DNA of 63,717 nt, filler included, from Octopus bimaculoides (GCF_001194135.2; 6 parts of 6 records of this genome joined end to end with filler, not necessarily neighbours in it); one strand, 5' to 3'. Shown: positions 40,657-53,967, numbered from the whole stretch's first letter. Notes: a model not told the origin generated them from the sequence alone. Made by a program: numbers and translations.

Positions 40657-41531
40657 CAGGGTGTGGTGAATAAATTGTCCTCTAAATTAATTACACAAAA
40701 ATGAAAATAACACTGACACCTCATTTTAACAGATATATTTATCAAAATTACATTAAAATATCTTGAAATACTAAAGAGTAAGTTTATTCAATAAAATCAC
40801 CATTGGTTTCAACCACAACCTCCAGTCGAATTCGGAATCTCCTGCAACTCTTCTGGGTGGTCTTCTTGTTTAAGTTAGTGAATGCTGCCATAATCCTTGC
40901 CTTCAGTTCATCTTTGATGTTACAAAGAGTTTTGTTGATCTCTCGCTCAACTGCGCCCCACCAATAATAATCAAGGGGGTTGCAGTCTGGGGAGTTAAGT
41001 GGCTTGGTATTAGGGGTGATGTGGTTGCAGAAATTGTCTGACAGCCATGACTGCGTTTTCCTGCTTGTGTGGCATGGTGCAGTGTGCATGGTGAGTCCTG
41101 TTGCCAGTCATAGAGTCTTCCAACAACCACCCTCTTGACCCAGAGCAGCCTCCTCCAGGCACTTAATGTAGGCCTCCGTGTTGAGTCTGAGGCCGTTTGG
41201 GAAGATGAATGGAAGCATAATGTCGTCATCACTAGTGATCACTCCAAACAGCATGATGTTGACTAGATGTTTGATTGGAGACACGACAAGTCAACGGTTG
41301 TTCTGTGTGTTCACTATCTGTTTGTACTGGAGCTTCCGGTGCGAATGCCAGGTAGTACAACATGTCGTTTTCAAATTTCTGGCAGAATGAATTGCGTCAT
41401 AGTGCTGTTTTTCTCAAATACGGTACTCAACTGACATTTCTATACTGTGTAGTCGACAAAATCAAAAACAAACAATGCGCATGCGCGAAATTAGAAATAT
41501 GAAATGATGACAATTTACCTATCGCACCCTG
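40657..41531 (-). mobile_element. Internally deleted maT/DD37D-like element, copy 2 (both TIRs)
   Basis: TA|CAGGGTGTGGTGAATAAATTGTC ... GACAATTTACCTATCGCACCCTG|TA; C-terminal transposase QQDS..APCHTSRKTQSWL...NSPDCNPLDYY.WG...NGDFIE. Confidence 0.9.
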
Positions 41532-42284
41532 TATATACACATGTGTGTATATATTTATGTACGTTTATATGTATGTAAATATATATATATATATATATAT
41601 ATATTATACACACACGCAAACATATGTATATATGTATGTATGTATGTATGTATGAATGTGTGTGCGTATATGTGTGTGTGAACGCGCGCGCGAATGTATT
41701 TAGATAGTAAGTGAAATGACAACATTAAAAACACGCTTAATCTAGAAAGAATTATGAAATAAAATAGTAAACCCAACTTTGAAATGTTAAAGATCAACTT
41801 GTTAATATATTACAAACCTGGAATATTTCTTTCAGCATTTATCAGTATTTTCATGCTTCCAAGGCGTCGGTTTGCAAACATGGGCACTGCCATGATGTCA
41901 TTAAGTTTTATCGTCAACACCGTTTATTATCTGGAATAAAATAAATCATCGAGATATATCGAACATGTCGATACGTTGGAAGTGACATTTGGTCACGTCA
42001 TAATAAAATTAGGATTGGATTTAATTTACGCTGCAGCGTTAGATTGGAACTTAAGCACCATATGCTCACTCTGTGTCTGTGTGTATCTGTTCGTGTTTAT
42101 GTGTGCGCGCTCGTGTGTGTATGGTTGATTATAACTTTTACTTCGTCTTCTTCGAACAATCTGACCTCAGATGGCATATGGATAAAGAAATTATATTCGT
42201 TGAATATTATCTGGCGACTGTCAGACACAAAACTAACATTGTCTGTACATTTTTGTTGTACTGTCACTGCATTATCTTTATATT

Positions 42285-42510
42285 ATTTTTTTCGTTTCAG
42301 TCATTGGATTGCAGCCACACTGTGCACCGCCTTCAAGTGTTTTAGTCGAAAAACTTGACTCAAGTGCCTATGTTTGTTTTCTTTCATATCTGATACTCAT
42401 TCTCTCGGTTTCCTTTACCGAACCGCTAGCTCACCCAGACGTAAACAAATCAACACTGGTTGTCAAGCGGTAGCAAGTTAGGTGACAAGCACAAACGAAC
42501 GGTCATATGC
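42285..42510 (-). mobile_element. SINE family A 3' half
   Basis: GTTTCAGTCATTGG...TAGTCGAAAAA...CCGAACCGCT...GTCAAGCGG homology. Confidence 0.75.
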
Positions 42511-42661
42511 ACACATAAACATATATGTATGCATGTATGTATGTGTGTATGTATGTATGTATGTAGTAGGCACGTGGAAGCAGTGTTATGAATTAAACAA
42601 ACTTTTAGATCAGTTCAAGTTTGTTTGCGATATGTTTGCTCTATGAAATGGCTGTTTTCTC

Positions 42662-43072
42662 TGCGATTTGCGTGGAGAAAATTCTCACTTTAGGCAACAG
42701 TGTTAAAACCAATAATCATCTGAGGGTATCCTTTGTAGATCGATGAATGCATTTCTAGCTACTGAGCATCGGGTACAAGGGAGACAATCATGAGATAACT
42801 TTGGAAGCCATAACATTTTTATAAGCAATTAGGAGATATTATCTACTGCCCACTACATATTCGTTTCTGACCTAGCGATGTCATACGTCGTCTGTAGATC
42901 GTTTCTACAGCTTACCAAGTCAATTCAGGGTTGTCTCTCTGTTAGTATCTAGTGTTGACGATAGCCATGTAGCTAGAAATGCACTCAGCAGTTTACGGAA
43001 AGCGCCCTGAGATAACTATTAGTGCTTTAACACCATTGCCTAAAGTGAGAATTTTCTCCATAGTAAATCGCA
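42662..43072. mobile_element. MITE (about 410 bp, about 46-bp TIRs plus inner inverted segments)
   Basis: TGCGATTTGCGTGGAGAAAATTCTCACTTTAGGCAACAGTGTTAAA vs TTTAACACCATTGCCTAAAGTGAGAATTTTCTCCATAGTAAATCGCA; inner GCATTTCTAGCTAC / GTAGCTAGAAATGC. Confidence 0.8.
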
Positions 43073-43124
43073 ATGAACATGTCATTTTTACAGGCTAAAT
43101 ATGTCAGAAACATATTTGAATTAA

Positions 43125-43187
<63 letters not shown>

Positions 43188-44172
43188 CAAAATTCAAATA
43201 TGTTATCATTATCTTTAAAAACAATGAAAAAGTGGCCAGCAAACATAACCAAANNNNNNNNNNNNNNNNNNNNNNNNNNNNNNNNNNNNNNNNNNNNNNN
43301 NNNNNNNNNNNNNNNNNNNNNNNNNNNNNNNNNNNNNNNNNNNNNNNNNNNNNNNNNNNNNNNNNNNNNNNNNNNNNNNNNNNNNNNNNNNNNNNNNNNN
43401 NNNNNNNNNNNNNNNNNNNNNNNNNNNNNNNNNNNNNNNNNNNNNNNNNNNNNNNNNNNNNNNNNNNNNNNNNNNNNNNNNNNNNNNNNNNNNNNNNNNN
43501 NNNNNNNNNNNNNNNNNNNNNNNNNNNNNNNNNNNNNNNNNNNNNNNNNNNNNNNNNNNNNNNNNNNNNNNNNNNNNNNNNNNNNNNNNNNNNNNNNNNN
43601 NNNNNNNNNNNNNNNNNNNNNNNNNNNNNNNNNNNNNNNNNNNNNNNNNNNNNNNNNNNNNNNNNNNNNNNNNNNNNNNNNNNNNNNNNNNNNNNNNNNN
43701 NNNNNNNNNNNNNNNNNNNNNNNNNNNNNNNNNNNNNNNNNNNNNNNNNNNNNNNNNNNNNNNNNNNNNNNNNNNNNNNNNNNNNNNNNNNNNNNNNNNN
43801 NNNNNNNNNNNNNNNNNNNNNNNNNNNNNNNNNNNNNNNNNNNNNNNNNNNNNNNNNNNNNNNNNNNNNNNNNNNNNNNNNNNNNNNNNNNNNNNNNNNN
43901 NNNNNNNNNNNNNNNNNNNNNNNNNNNNNNNNNNNNNNNNNNNNNNNNNNNNNNNNNNNNNNNNNNNNNNNNNNNNNNNNNNNNNNNNNNNNNNNNNNNN
44001 NNNNNNNNNNNNNNNNNNNNNNNNNNNNNNNNNNNNNNNNNNNNNNNNNNNNNNNNNNNNNNNNNNNNNNNNNNNNNNNNNNNNNNNNNNNNNNNNNNNN
44101 NNNNNNNNNNNNNNNNNNNNNNNNNNNNNNNNNNNNNNNNNNNNNNNNNNNNNNNNNNNNNNNNNNNNNNNN

Positions 44173-44597
44173 AGAAGCCCGTCGTATATATGTATATAAA
44201 TGTCTCTGTGTGTGTGTGTGTGTCTTTGTGTCTGTGTTTGTCCCTCCACCACCCCTTAACGCCCAATGCTGGTGTATTTACGTCCTCGTAACTTAGCAGT
44301 TCGGCAAAACAGGCCGATAAAATAACTACCTGGCCTTAAAAAAAATTTCGGTCGATACATTTGACTGAAAATCCTTCAAGGTAGTACCCCAGCATGGTCG
44401 TTGTCTCATAACTGAAAGAAGTAAAACATACACACACACACACACGACCGCGTCCATACATTATCGTCTACAAAATTCATTCACAAGACATTGGTCGGTT
44501 CGAGGTGATAGTAAAGGTACTTGCCCAAGGTACTATGCAGTGGGACTGAAACCGAAACTACATGGTTGCAAAGCAAGCTTCTTAACCAGACAGCCAT
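44173..44597. mobile_element. SINE family A plus-strand 3' part (44173-44428) followed by minus-strand head (44446-44597)
   Basis: Family A homology in opposite orientations; 5' part lost in gap. Confidence 0.75.
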
Positions 44598-45097
44598 ATT
44601 TGATTTCAGATATTTTCCACACAATGCCAGTTTGAACAACAGTACCTGCCACAGATATAGTAGCACTGAAATGTGTATAATGAAAAAAGGAATTTTCCAC
44701 TTGGCTCAGACAAATACATTTTGTTGAGCGACTTCTGGAATCCAAGTCAATCTGTCGCTTTATTCTATATTGTCTAGTTAATCTCAATACATCGTATGTA
44801 CATAGTATGTACATCGTATGTACATAGCATTGCGAGCCAACAAGGGAGCCTCTGTGTGATCGCTCGACCTCTCAAAATAGGAACCTATAATCCCTCAAAT
44901 TACACCTTACCATCTTAGAAAGATATAAATGTGAGTGCCAAATTAGCAATTCACGATCAACATCAACACTTCTTTCTGTTGCTTCAGGTATTCATTGGCT
45001 CTGAATATTTGAATATTTACTCGCACAGACGCATACACAGAGATATAAACAAAAACAAAACTCAGATATATGTGCGTGAGTGTGTGTGAGTGTGTAC

Positions 45098-45140
<43 letters not shown>

Positions 45141-46112
45141 TGTGTGTGTGTACAAGTACTACGGAATGGCAGTGTATATATATATATATATATACATATA
45201 ATAAAACATGATATATAAGCATATGCATGTATACCTACATCTACATGTATATATAGATGCATATTTGGGTACAGGACGTTAGACAAATGAACGGGAGCAT
45301 AAAAACAAAATGGACTTTGTTTACAGACAACAGAACGAACACATNNNNNNNNNNNNNNNNNNNNNNNNNNNNNNNNNNNNNNNNNNNNNNNNNNNNNNNN
45401 NNNNNNNNNNNNNNNNNNNNNNNNNNNNNNNNNNNNNNNNNNNNNNNNNNNNNNNNNNNNNNNNNNNNNNNNNNNNNNNNNNNNNNNNNNNNNNNNNNNN
45501 NNNNNNNNNNNNNNNNNNNNNNNNNNNNNNNNNNNNNNNNNNNNNNNNNNNNNNNNNNNNNNNNNNNNNNNNNNNNNNNNNNNNNNNNNNNNNNNNNNNN
45601 NNNNNNNNNNNNNNNNNNNNNNNNNNNNNNNNNNNNNNNNNNNNNNNNNNNNNNNNNNNNNNNNNNNNNNNNNNNNNNNNNNNNNNNNNNNNNNNNNNNN
45701 NNNNNNNNNNNNNNNNNNNNNNNNNNNNNNNNNNNNNNNNNNNNNNNNNNNNNNNNNNNNNNNNNNNNNNNNNNNNNNNNNNNNNNNNNNNNNNNNNNNN
45801 NNNNNNNNNNNNNNNNNNNNNNNNNNNNNNNNNNNNNNNNNNNNNNNNNNNNNNNNNNNNNNNNNNNNNNNNNNNNNNNNNNNNNNNNNNNNNNNNNNNN
45901 NNNNNNNNNNNNNNNNNNNNNNNNNNNNNNNNNNNNNNNNNNNNNNNNNNNNNNNNNNNNNNNNNNNNNNNNNNNNNNNNNNNNNNNNNNNNNNNNNNNN
46001 NNNNNNNNNNNNNNNNNNNNNNNNNNNNNNNNNNNNNNNNNNNNNNNNNNNNNNNNNNNNNNNNNNNNNNNNNNNNNNNNNNNNNNNNNNNNNNNNNNNN
46101 NNNNNNNNNNNN

Positions 46113-46236
46113 ATCTTACGATCATGGTGCTGACACCCTAACCACTAGGCCACGCGCCTCCACAAATAAATGCGCCCTTTTTAAAGCCTATCCAGGCTCA
46201 TGATGCTGACACTCTAGCCACTAAGCCACGCGCCTC

Positions 46237-46240
<4 letters not shown>
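46113..46240 (-). mobile_element. Two tandem tRNA-like SINE heads (family C-like)
   Basis: Minus strand GTGGAGGCGCGTGGCCTAGTGGTTAGGGTGTCAGCA(C/T)CATGA twice; similar to the head at 56982. Confidence 0.7.
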
Positions 46241-46281
<41 letters not shown>

Positions 46282-46869
46282 CACACACACATACACTACG
46301 GCAATGCTTCTGTGCAACAAAGTCTTAACCACACAGTCATGTCTGCACTTATATTTAAGGAATGTATAGTAAATTATGTGTATATGATAGATAGATTGAG
46401 AGAGAGAGAGAGAGACATGTTAGTGTGTGTATATGTATACATGCATAAGCAATGTGGACATGTAGCTTACTTTTCCATTCCATAATTAAGTCGACTTACC
46501 GCCACTATTCCTTAAATCATGTGATGAAATGCTATAGAGATCGATAATCCTTTTGTTAAACTATCAGCCTTTTACTATGTGGTCAATGCAACACCCCACG
46601 TGACTCACTTTGCACTCACTTTGACATTCACTGACCGTGTAAGATTGGCTACCTTCGGTAGTTTGGAAACACTTAAACAAATATTACTTTATAATGTTTG
46701 TCTTCTAATTGATGCTTAGATAAACAAATACATGAGACTGGGACAGTTTTCACCTCTCATTCGTTGAGAATTGTTTATATTTAAACAGTGACAAAACAAA
46801 CTTGTTTATTATTATTACACAAGGATCCAACTATAGTTTAAAATATTAATACTATTCTAACATAAACTG

Positions 46870-47060
46870 AAGCGTCGCAGAAAATTTAGGGATTTGACTG
46901 CCGCTTAGATTGATCCCAGGACTTTAGTGGTACTTTATTTTACCGATATTGGAAGAAAGAAAAGGCAAAATCGAACTCGGCGCTATTTGAGATATGCATA
47001 GCTAAATGCTGCATGCTAGTTGACTTGTCACTCTCCCGATTTTGCCAGCTCATCACTGTC
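46870..47060 (-). mobile_element. Degenerate SINE family B
   Basis: GATTGATCCCAGG...GGTACTTTATTTTACCGA...AAGGCAAAATCGAACTCGGCG...TTTTGCCAGCTC. Confidence 0.65.
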
Positions 47061-47783
47061 ATCAGTTCAAAATATTGAATAGCCCTCAGTACATAACTGT
47101 TGTTTTCTTCTCTTAAATTGGCCACAAGAGGATGGAACGTAAAGTTTATCAGGGCAGGATTTGAACACCGATTGTACTGCAAGGTATTTTATGGAACGTT
47201 CTATCCACTTTGTCACCCACCATTTGTCACCTACTTTGTCACCCACAGAATTTGTAGCCCTACGACAAAATATAACAAACAATAAGCATAAAAAACAACT
47301 TCGTTCAACACAAGGAGAATGCCTTCGTTAATGAATAAGATGTACAAAAACAATAGAACAAACTAAATTCATTACCACCAAAAATAATTTTAACGTTCTC
47401 AACTAAGTGTTAAATAAACAAGGCTAAACAAAAGCACAAGAAAATTAACTGTTATATTTCGAATACACTACCCAAAAATCTGACAGAAAATGGAGCTGGA
47501 TTTTATTCCCCAAGTTCCCTAAAGTAAAAAGTATATGTATAAAGGAACACAAGATGTATATGTCCTCATACTACATGCATATATTACGATTACACTCTTT
47601 TACCCATAATGAGACTATCACTATAGACACGTACAATACACAGCGTGAAAGTATTTCCGATGTAGCGGTAACTTTAGATTACAAAAGACGCGCGATGCAA
47701 AAGGATATCATTTAGTGAATTGGAACATTTCAAATAAAAAAATGCATAACGGGAAAAAGTATAAATAAAACTAACAATTTTAT

Positions 47784-48029
47784 GATACAGATAAGGAAAT
47801 AATTTTATTCTCAAACACAGGATAATGCTAGTAATATAACATGAACAGGATAAACTATCCATATTTTTCAGAAAAATCTGTCGGCGTCCAACCATGAGAC
47901 TCGAACTCACATCCCTGTGGGCTGGCCGCCGACAGATTTTTCTGAAAAATATGAATAGTTTATCCTGTTCATGCTATATTATTAACATTATCCTGTGTTT
48001 GAGAATAAAATTATTTCCTTATTTGTATC
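47784..48029. repeat. Palindromic element: 103-bp arms and a 40-nt loop with a tRNA-like T-arm
   Basis: 47784-47886 is the reverse complement of 47927-48029 with 5 transitions; loop on minus strand contains GTGAG-TTCGAGT-CTCAT. Confidence 0.9.
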
Positions 48030-48219
48030 TTTCAATACATCTCAACGCTTCTAAAGCAAACTTTGTTAGTTGACTTTCAACGTAAGTTGAATTTAACAAA
48101 TCTATGAACGGAAGCAAAAAAAAAAACAACAAATGACACAAAATTAAATCCCAAGGAATAAATAAACTTAATATAGGAACAGGAAAAAATAAGCTTGACT
48201 ATCATATTGTGTGTACGAG

Positions 48220-48221
48220 TG

Positions 48222-48296
<75 letters not shown>

Positions 48297-48316
48297 ATCT
48301 AAGCATGTATGTATGC

Positions 48317-48347
<31 letters not shown>

Positions 48348-48390
48348 CATACATACATACATACATACGTACGTACGTATGTATGTATGT
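48220..48390. repeat. (TG)n then (CATA)n/(TATG)n microsatellites
   Basis: Direct inspection. Confidence 0.95.
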
Positions 48391-49057
48391 ATAGTGGTAA
48401 CATACATACGTATGTATGTATAGTGGAAACTGATTTGAACATCAATATAACCAAGCTAAATCAATTGTCTCTCCAACAGACACGGCAGTCACAAATCTAC
48501 GAGGGTATTCTCTCAGAATTTCTCGTCTAAGGACATCTAAATTCAAGCAAACAGATTCATAATCTACCGGCCTATTATCACAAATGACAAATGCTCATTT
48601 TTAAATGTAAAAGATAAAACGCATTTGCAGAAGATCAGAATGGATGCCACACAGTTTCATAAAGATCTTTTAGAAAACAACAAAACCATGACTAATGATC
48701 GTAGAAAGAGGGGTCTGTAATAATTCGCTTGTTCGTTTGCCCGTTATACATTAGCTAGTTGGAGGAGTGGGGGTGGAGTGAATAGGAGGCGGAGTAAGAG
48801 TGAGAGAGAAAGAGGAGGAGTGAAGAAAGAAGAGAGGAAGAAGAAGAGAAAAGTGATTAATATTCATACACGTAGGCCAAATTGTCACGTGGTCAGTTGA
48901 AGGTAGAGGCGAAGAATGAGAGGAAAAAGCGACGAGAGAAAAAGAGGGAGAGAGAAATGTTAACGACGTGCGGCGGGGTAGGGAAGGAATATTTATTACG
49001 TGGTTAAAAAGTAAGCTGAAGGGAAAAGTAAATAGAGAGAGATGGACAAGGGAGGTT

Positions 49058-49112
<55 letters not shown>

Positions 49113-49504
49113 CAGATAGTAGTGGTGGTGGTGATGGTGGTGGTGGTGTTGGTGATAGTGAAAAGTATTTTTCTTTTTATTGAACTAATTCTTTTTTATA
49201 GCGACCATCTTTTAAAGCATGCGCATAAGTGCAATTATTTATCGTCTGCTCGCTTAAAAATTGATATTTGTTCATAAGAGTTAATTTAGCCTAAACTCTG
49301 GATTCACAAGAAACACGGTTGCAAGCTGCCCGAGAGATGATGCGCAGATTTAGAGCACGGATCAGAGAGGAACAGCGAGAAAATATAATGAAAAGAGTAA
49401 AAAGACAACACAGACGGAGACATGAAAAAATGAATGTAGACGTCAAGAATATTTAAAGAAAGCTAAACTATAAATGCTATAAAAATGCAAATCATATTTT
49501 CTTT

Positions 49505-49790
49505 CTGGCAACAGGAGGAAGGCAACCAGCTTTATAAAATTTGCCTCAAAGACTTCTGTCTGACCCATGCGAGTATGGATAAATGGACGTTAAACTTTTA
49601 TGATTTTGCTTGAAGAGGCTTGCATCAGAAAGAACATCTGGCCTTAGATAAATCAACCTCAATGAATTTTGTCTGAAGGTCATTTAGCTGTTCAAATATG
49701 AAAAAAAAAACACATGCCCTCAATGAAGTTTTGCTTGACCCTTGCACACATGGACACACAGACGTGATGATGATATTAATGAGAACAATA
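49505..49790 (+). mobile_element. Two degenerate SINE-like 3' fragments ending in (GAT)n
   Basis: GGCAACAGGAGGAAGGCAACCAGC...CTGACCCATGCGAGTATGGATAAATGGACGTTAAA and a second partial copy ...TTGACCCTTGCACACATGGAC...GACGTGATGATGAT. Confidence 0.45.
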
Positions 49791-50182
49791 TTAATAACGA
49801 CGATAATGATGCATTATATATATATACATATATATTTTCATGTATATATGTGTGCGTTTGTGTGTGTACATATACACATACATATATACATGTATCTATG
49901 TTTATATATATATATTAATCTTTTCCATTCTGTGGAATTTCCATGGGTCCCACTAGTATTGAATGATTATCAGCAAGTTCTTAAAACTGTTCAGCACTTA
50001 TAGATAAATTATAGGCACATTAATATGGAGTAAAGTTGCAGCAGTAACAAGTAGGTATATCATATATGCCAGAAGTAAACGACAAATGATTTTATAGATT
50101 TAAACAAAAGGACTTGTAAAAATTAAACTTTCCATATCAGAAGTCGTCGGTGATCTTTTCATTTTCTTTACTTTCGTGCTGC

Positions 50183-50542
50183 CTAAAGCAGTCTTCCGTC
50201 CCTACTCGTTTCTAACTCCCCCTTAGTCACAAGACGGTTTCTTGCTAAGCATTTAGGGCCGAGGACAAGATGATATCTTTTACTATTTCCGGGGCTGCGA
50301 CAAGCGATGCTGTTGGAACAGCAACCTCCGAGATCTGTAGTTACTGGTTTTGCTGTTGCCTTTTCTGGTGCATTTCTTTTACTCCATCGGGAGAGAAGAA
50401 CCTTTAAACGGCTTTTACTGTCACACGTGTAAAATCTGATCTTTTTCCCTGCCCCGCCAGTCATTATTAACTCTTGAATTGTTATATGGTCCTCAACAGT
50501 CATTAGGGCTTGTATATCCATATACATCCCGTTTGAGCACAT
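50183..50542 (-). pseudogene. Probable second Tx1-type LINE ORF1 relic
   Basis: GAGKKIRFYTCDSKSRLKVL aligns by eye with EGRKLRFHICGKTNHLKAF at about 34550-34610. Confidence 0.45.
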
Positions 50543-50606
50543 GACACCTGTAATCAGGTGGGATGTCTATGAATATAGATAGATCAAATATACTTATCTT
50601 TTATCT

Positions 50607-50815
50607 CTTCTTTTACTGGTTTCGATTATTGGACTGTGGCCATGTTTGGGCACTGCTTTGAAGGGTTTAGTCGAACAAATTAACCTCAACACTTATTTTT
50701 AAGTCTGGTACATATTCGATCGGTTACTTGTGCGAAACCTTTAAGTTACGGGGACGTAAACAAATCAGTACCGGTAATCAAGCGGGTTGGGAGTGACATA
50801 TGCAGACACAAAGAC
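50607..50815 (-). mobile_element. SINE family A 3' half
   Basis: TTTTACTGGTTTCG...GACTGTGGCCATG...TAGTCGAACAAAT...TAAGTTACGGGGACGTAAAC. Confidence 0.8.
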
Positions 50816-50848
50816 ACATACACACATACACGCAGATGCGTGCGCACG

Positions 50849-50896
<48 letters not shown>

Positions 50897-50996
50897 NNNN
50901 NNNNNNNNNNNNNNNNNNNNNNNNNNNNNNNNNNNNNNNNTTAATTAATTAANNNNNNNNNNNNNNNNNNNNNNNNNNNNNNNNNNNNNNNNNNNN

Positions 50997-51470
50997 AAGC
51001 AAAGTTGAGCTCGGCGGAATTTGGACTCAGAACGTGAAGGCAGACGAAATGCCGTTAGGTATTTTGCCTGGTGTGCTAACGATTCTGCCAGCTCGCCACC
51101 TTTTCCAAGAAATTAATAATAAAAAAAAAGTTACAAACCCTTAAAGTTGTGTAATTTTAGCCAATCATAAACCGCCATTGCTGACATGCTGGAGCTCACA
51201 ATTGCCTGTTTTCGTGGGAACAGCCTTAACATTATTTATTATAATTGAATTAAATACAAAGGCAACGAGCTGGTGGAATCGTTCGCATGCCGGGGAAAAC
51301 GCTTAGCGGCATTTCGTCCGTCTTTACGTTCTTAGCTCAAATTCCACCGAGGTCGACCTTGCCTTTCATCCTCTCAGGGTCGATAAAGCAAGTACCAGTT
51401 GAGTACTGGGATCGGTGTAATCGACTTGCTCCTTCCTCGAAATTGCTGCTCTTGTGCCAAAATTTGAAAC
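50997..51470. mobile_element. Head-to-head SINE family B pair (50997-51100 minus; 51261-51470 plus)
   Basis: GGCAACGAGCTGGTGGAATCGTTCGCATGCCGGG... is complementary to ...CCTGGTGTGCTAACGATTCTGCCAGCTCGCC. Confidence 0.8.
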
Positions 51471-52872
51471 CAGTGTTTAATGAAATACAATTTAAATGTT
51501 ATGCAACCTTAAACAGAAATAAAGACAAATCAACATCGCAATTTTACAAAATCTAACATGTCTTTCACTCCCACTTTTTTTTTTAAGAGGTAGGATATGA
51601 TCCGAGGAATTTGAGGGAAATATTCGTCAAATATACTACGAATCACCTCCTTAGGATCTGAGATAAGGAAGGACAAAAGTACCCCTGATAAAGCCTTTAA
51701 AAAGGACGAGATGACAGTTGGAATGCGTTTCATCATAGATCTACCGGATCAGGGGTGATTTGAATCCCCACAACGTTATAACTAACACTTGACACGATAA
51801 ATTTTATTTGTCGGGAACATATGTTCAGTTGTAGTTTATTGGTTCATTGAGCTTCTGTAGAACTGGTGATCATGGAAGTGACGATGATGGGCATGGAAGT
51901 AACGGTGGTAGTGGTGGTGGTGAGGGGGTTACATATGGCAATGGTGGATGATGTTTAACCTAAAACTAAAATTCTCTTTTGTTCTCATCACACGTGTTTT
52001 CTGTGCCAAGGTTTATCTGGTTAAATCAAAGAGGTTAATCTTTCCAAGACAATAACACGATTATAACACCCAATAACCTGATAATTTGTTCTTTTTAGCT
52101 GCCTTTTGTCAATAAGTGCATGCATACATACATACATATATACATACATACACATATGACAGACACGTGTACATATATATGGGTGGATGGATGGATGGAT
52201 GGGTGGATGGGTGGATGGATGGATGGAGGCAAAAATAGGGAAAACGGAGAGATAGAGATGTATAGTTATAATGAAATAAAAGATGGACAGGCGATTGTTA
52301 ATGACATCAAAGCATTTACAAATTAGTTTCCTTATCGTTTGACGTTGGATTTTAGCTATTTGATCTGGTCTGAGCATTAACCTGTTTGCATCTCTTATAC
52401 GTCTTTTTTTTATGTTTCTTACCCATTATGTAGTGTGTGTATGTGTGTGTGTACACATACACATACATGCATACATACACACAATCACACATACAAACAA
52501 ACAAATAAATTAGGTTTCTTAAAACCAGAAAAGAGGAGGAGGAAGTTGATTAGAAGACGACAGATCCAAGCCATCACGAGAACTGTAACGATTTGTAAAA
52601 CTTTCCAGAAGTTTACAATTTAAGAATATATGATCACGTCTAGACATGCAACTATATTCATAGGAATACCTCGTAAAATAAAACAAAAATATGCACGTAC
52701 TGACTCCAAATACTGCACACATATACACTTACATGTAAAAGTAGCCTGTTGGTGTTGGTGAAATTTCAATGAAGGAACCTTGAATCTAGCTTAGAAATGA
52801 GCTTTTTCTCTACAGGCAAGACTCAAACCACTAAACTATTTACCTTCACATCATTCTAGCATTGATAAATAA

Positions 52873-53085
52873 TCATTTCAATTATAGGCACAAGGCCTGA
52901 AATTTGAGGGAGGGTTTAAATCGATTACATCGATCCTAGTGCTCAACTGGTATTTATTTTATCGATCCGGAGGGATGAAAGGTAAAGTCGACCTTGGCGG
53001 AATTTGAACTCAAAACATAAAGATAGACGAAATGCCGCTAAGCATTTTGACCAGCATCCTGACGATTCTGCCAGCTTGCTGTCTC
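52873..53085 (-). mobile_element. SINE family B
   Basis: Family B core and head; GCATTGATAAATAAT occurs on both sides (candidate TSD). Confidence 0.85.
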
Positions 53086-53967
53086 AGCATTGATAAATAA
53101 TGAAATCCATAAAAGATTTAATAATTCGAAACCGAAATTATCCGTTTTTCGTTTTATGTCATTCGGTTTCTCCTCATGAAGTGTGAGACAAGGAAATCTT
53201 GTGAGATTGTCTTATAAAGCTTTACCGTCGGTGTTCCGATTTATTAATGAGAATACTTTTGACATATGAATGAATGAATGAATGAAATAAGATATCTTCC
53301 TAAATAATTAATTTTACTTTGATAGCTTCTGCTTCGACAAAGTAAGATCGGAGAGTATAGCTACTTGCAAATAAAAAAAAAATGTAGGTGGTGTACATTC
53401 TTTTTTTTACCAGTGATAGAGATAATTATTTATACACAATGTAGGTACACGCACACACACACACACACATAAACAATTGACACATTTCCAAATGCACCTC
53501 CATAACATTTTCTCTGAGCTAGCTTAAATACTTAAAAGTATGCGTGGTCTGGGATGATTCGTGTGTGTGTGTGTGTGCGTGTGCGTGTGTGTGNNNNNNN
53601 NNNGTGTGTGTGTGTGTACATACATTGTGTATAAATAATTATCTTTATCGCAGGTAAAAAAAAAAGCACACCACCTACACTGTGTGTGTGTGTATGCGTG
53701 TGTTTGTGTGCGTGCATGTGTGTGTGTGTGTTGATCGAGCTAGTTAAAATATTGTCAGAACGAATATATTATATTTATATCAGTATATTCCATATCTTAT
53801 CTTGAAGGTTTCTGCTCCGTTACTAATTGCAGTTTTCTTCCTGGTACAAACTAGTCATTAGTCTTAGAACCTTCACTCCTCAACATATCTACCACCCTGA
53901 GGGCATGCAAATGCAAAGAGAAGCGAACACCATCTCGTTGAAATAATATTTTGTTTTTGTGCTAACA

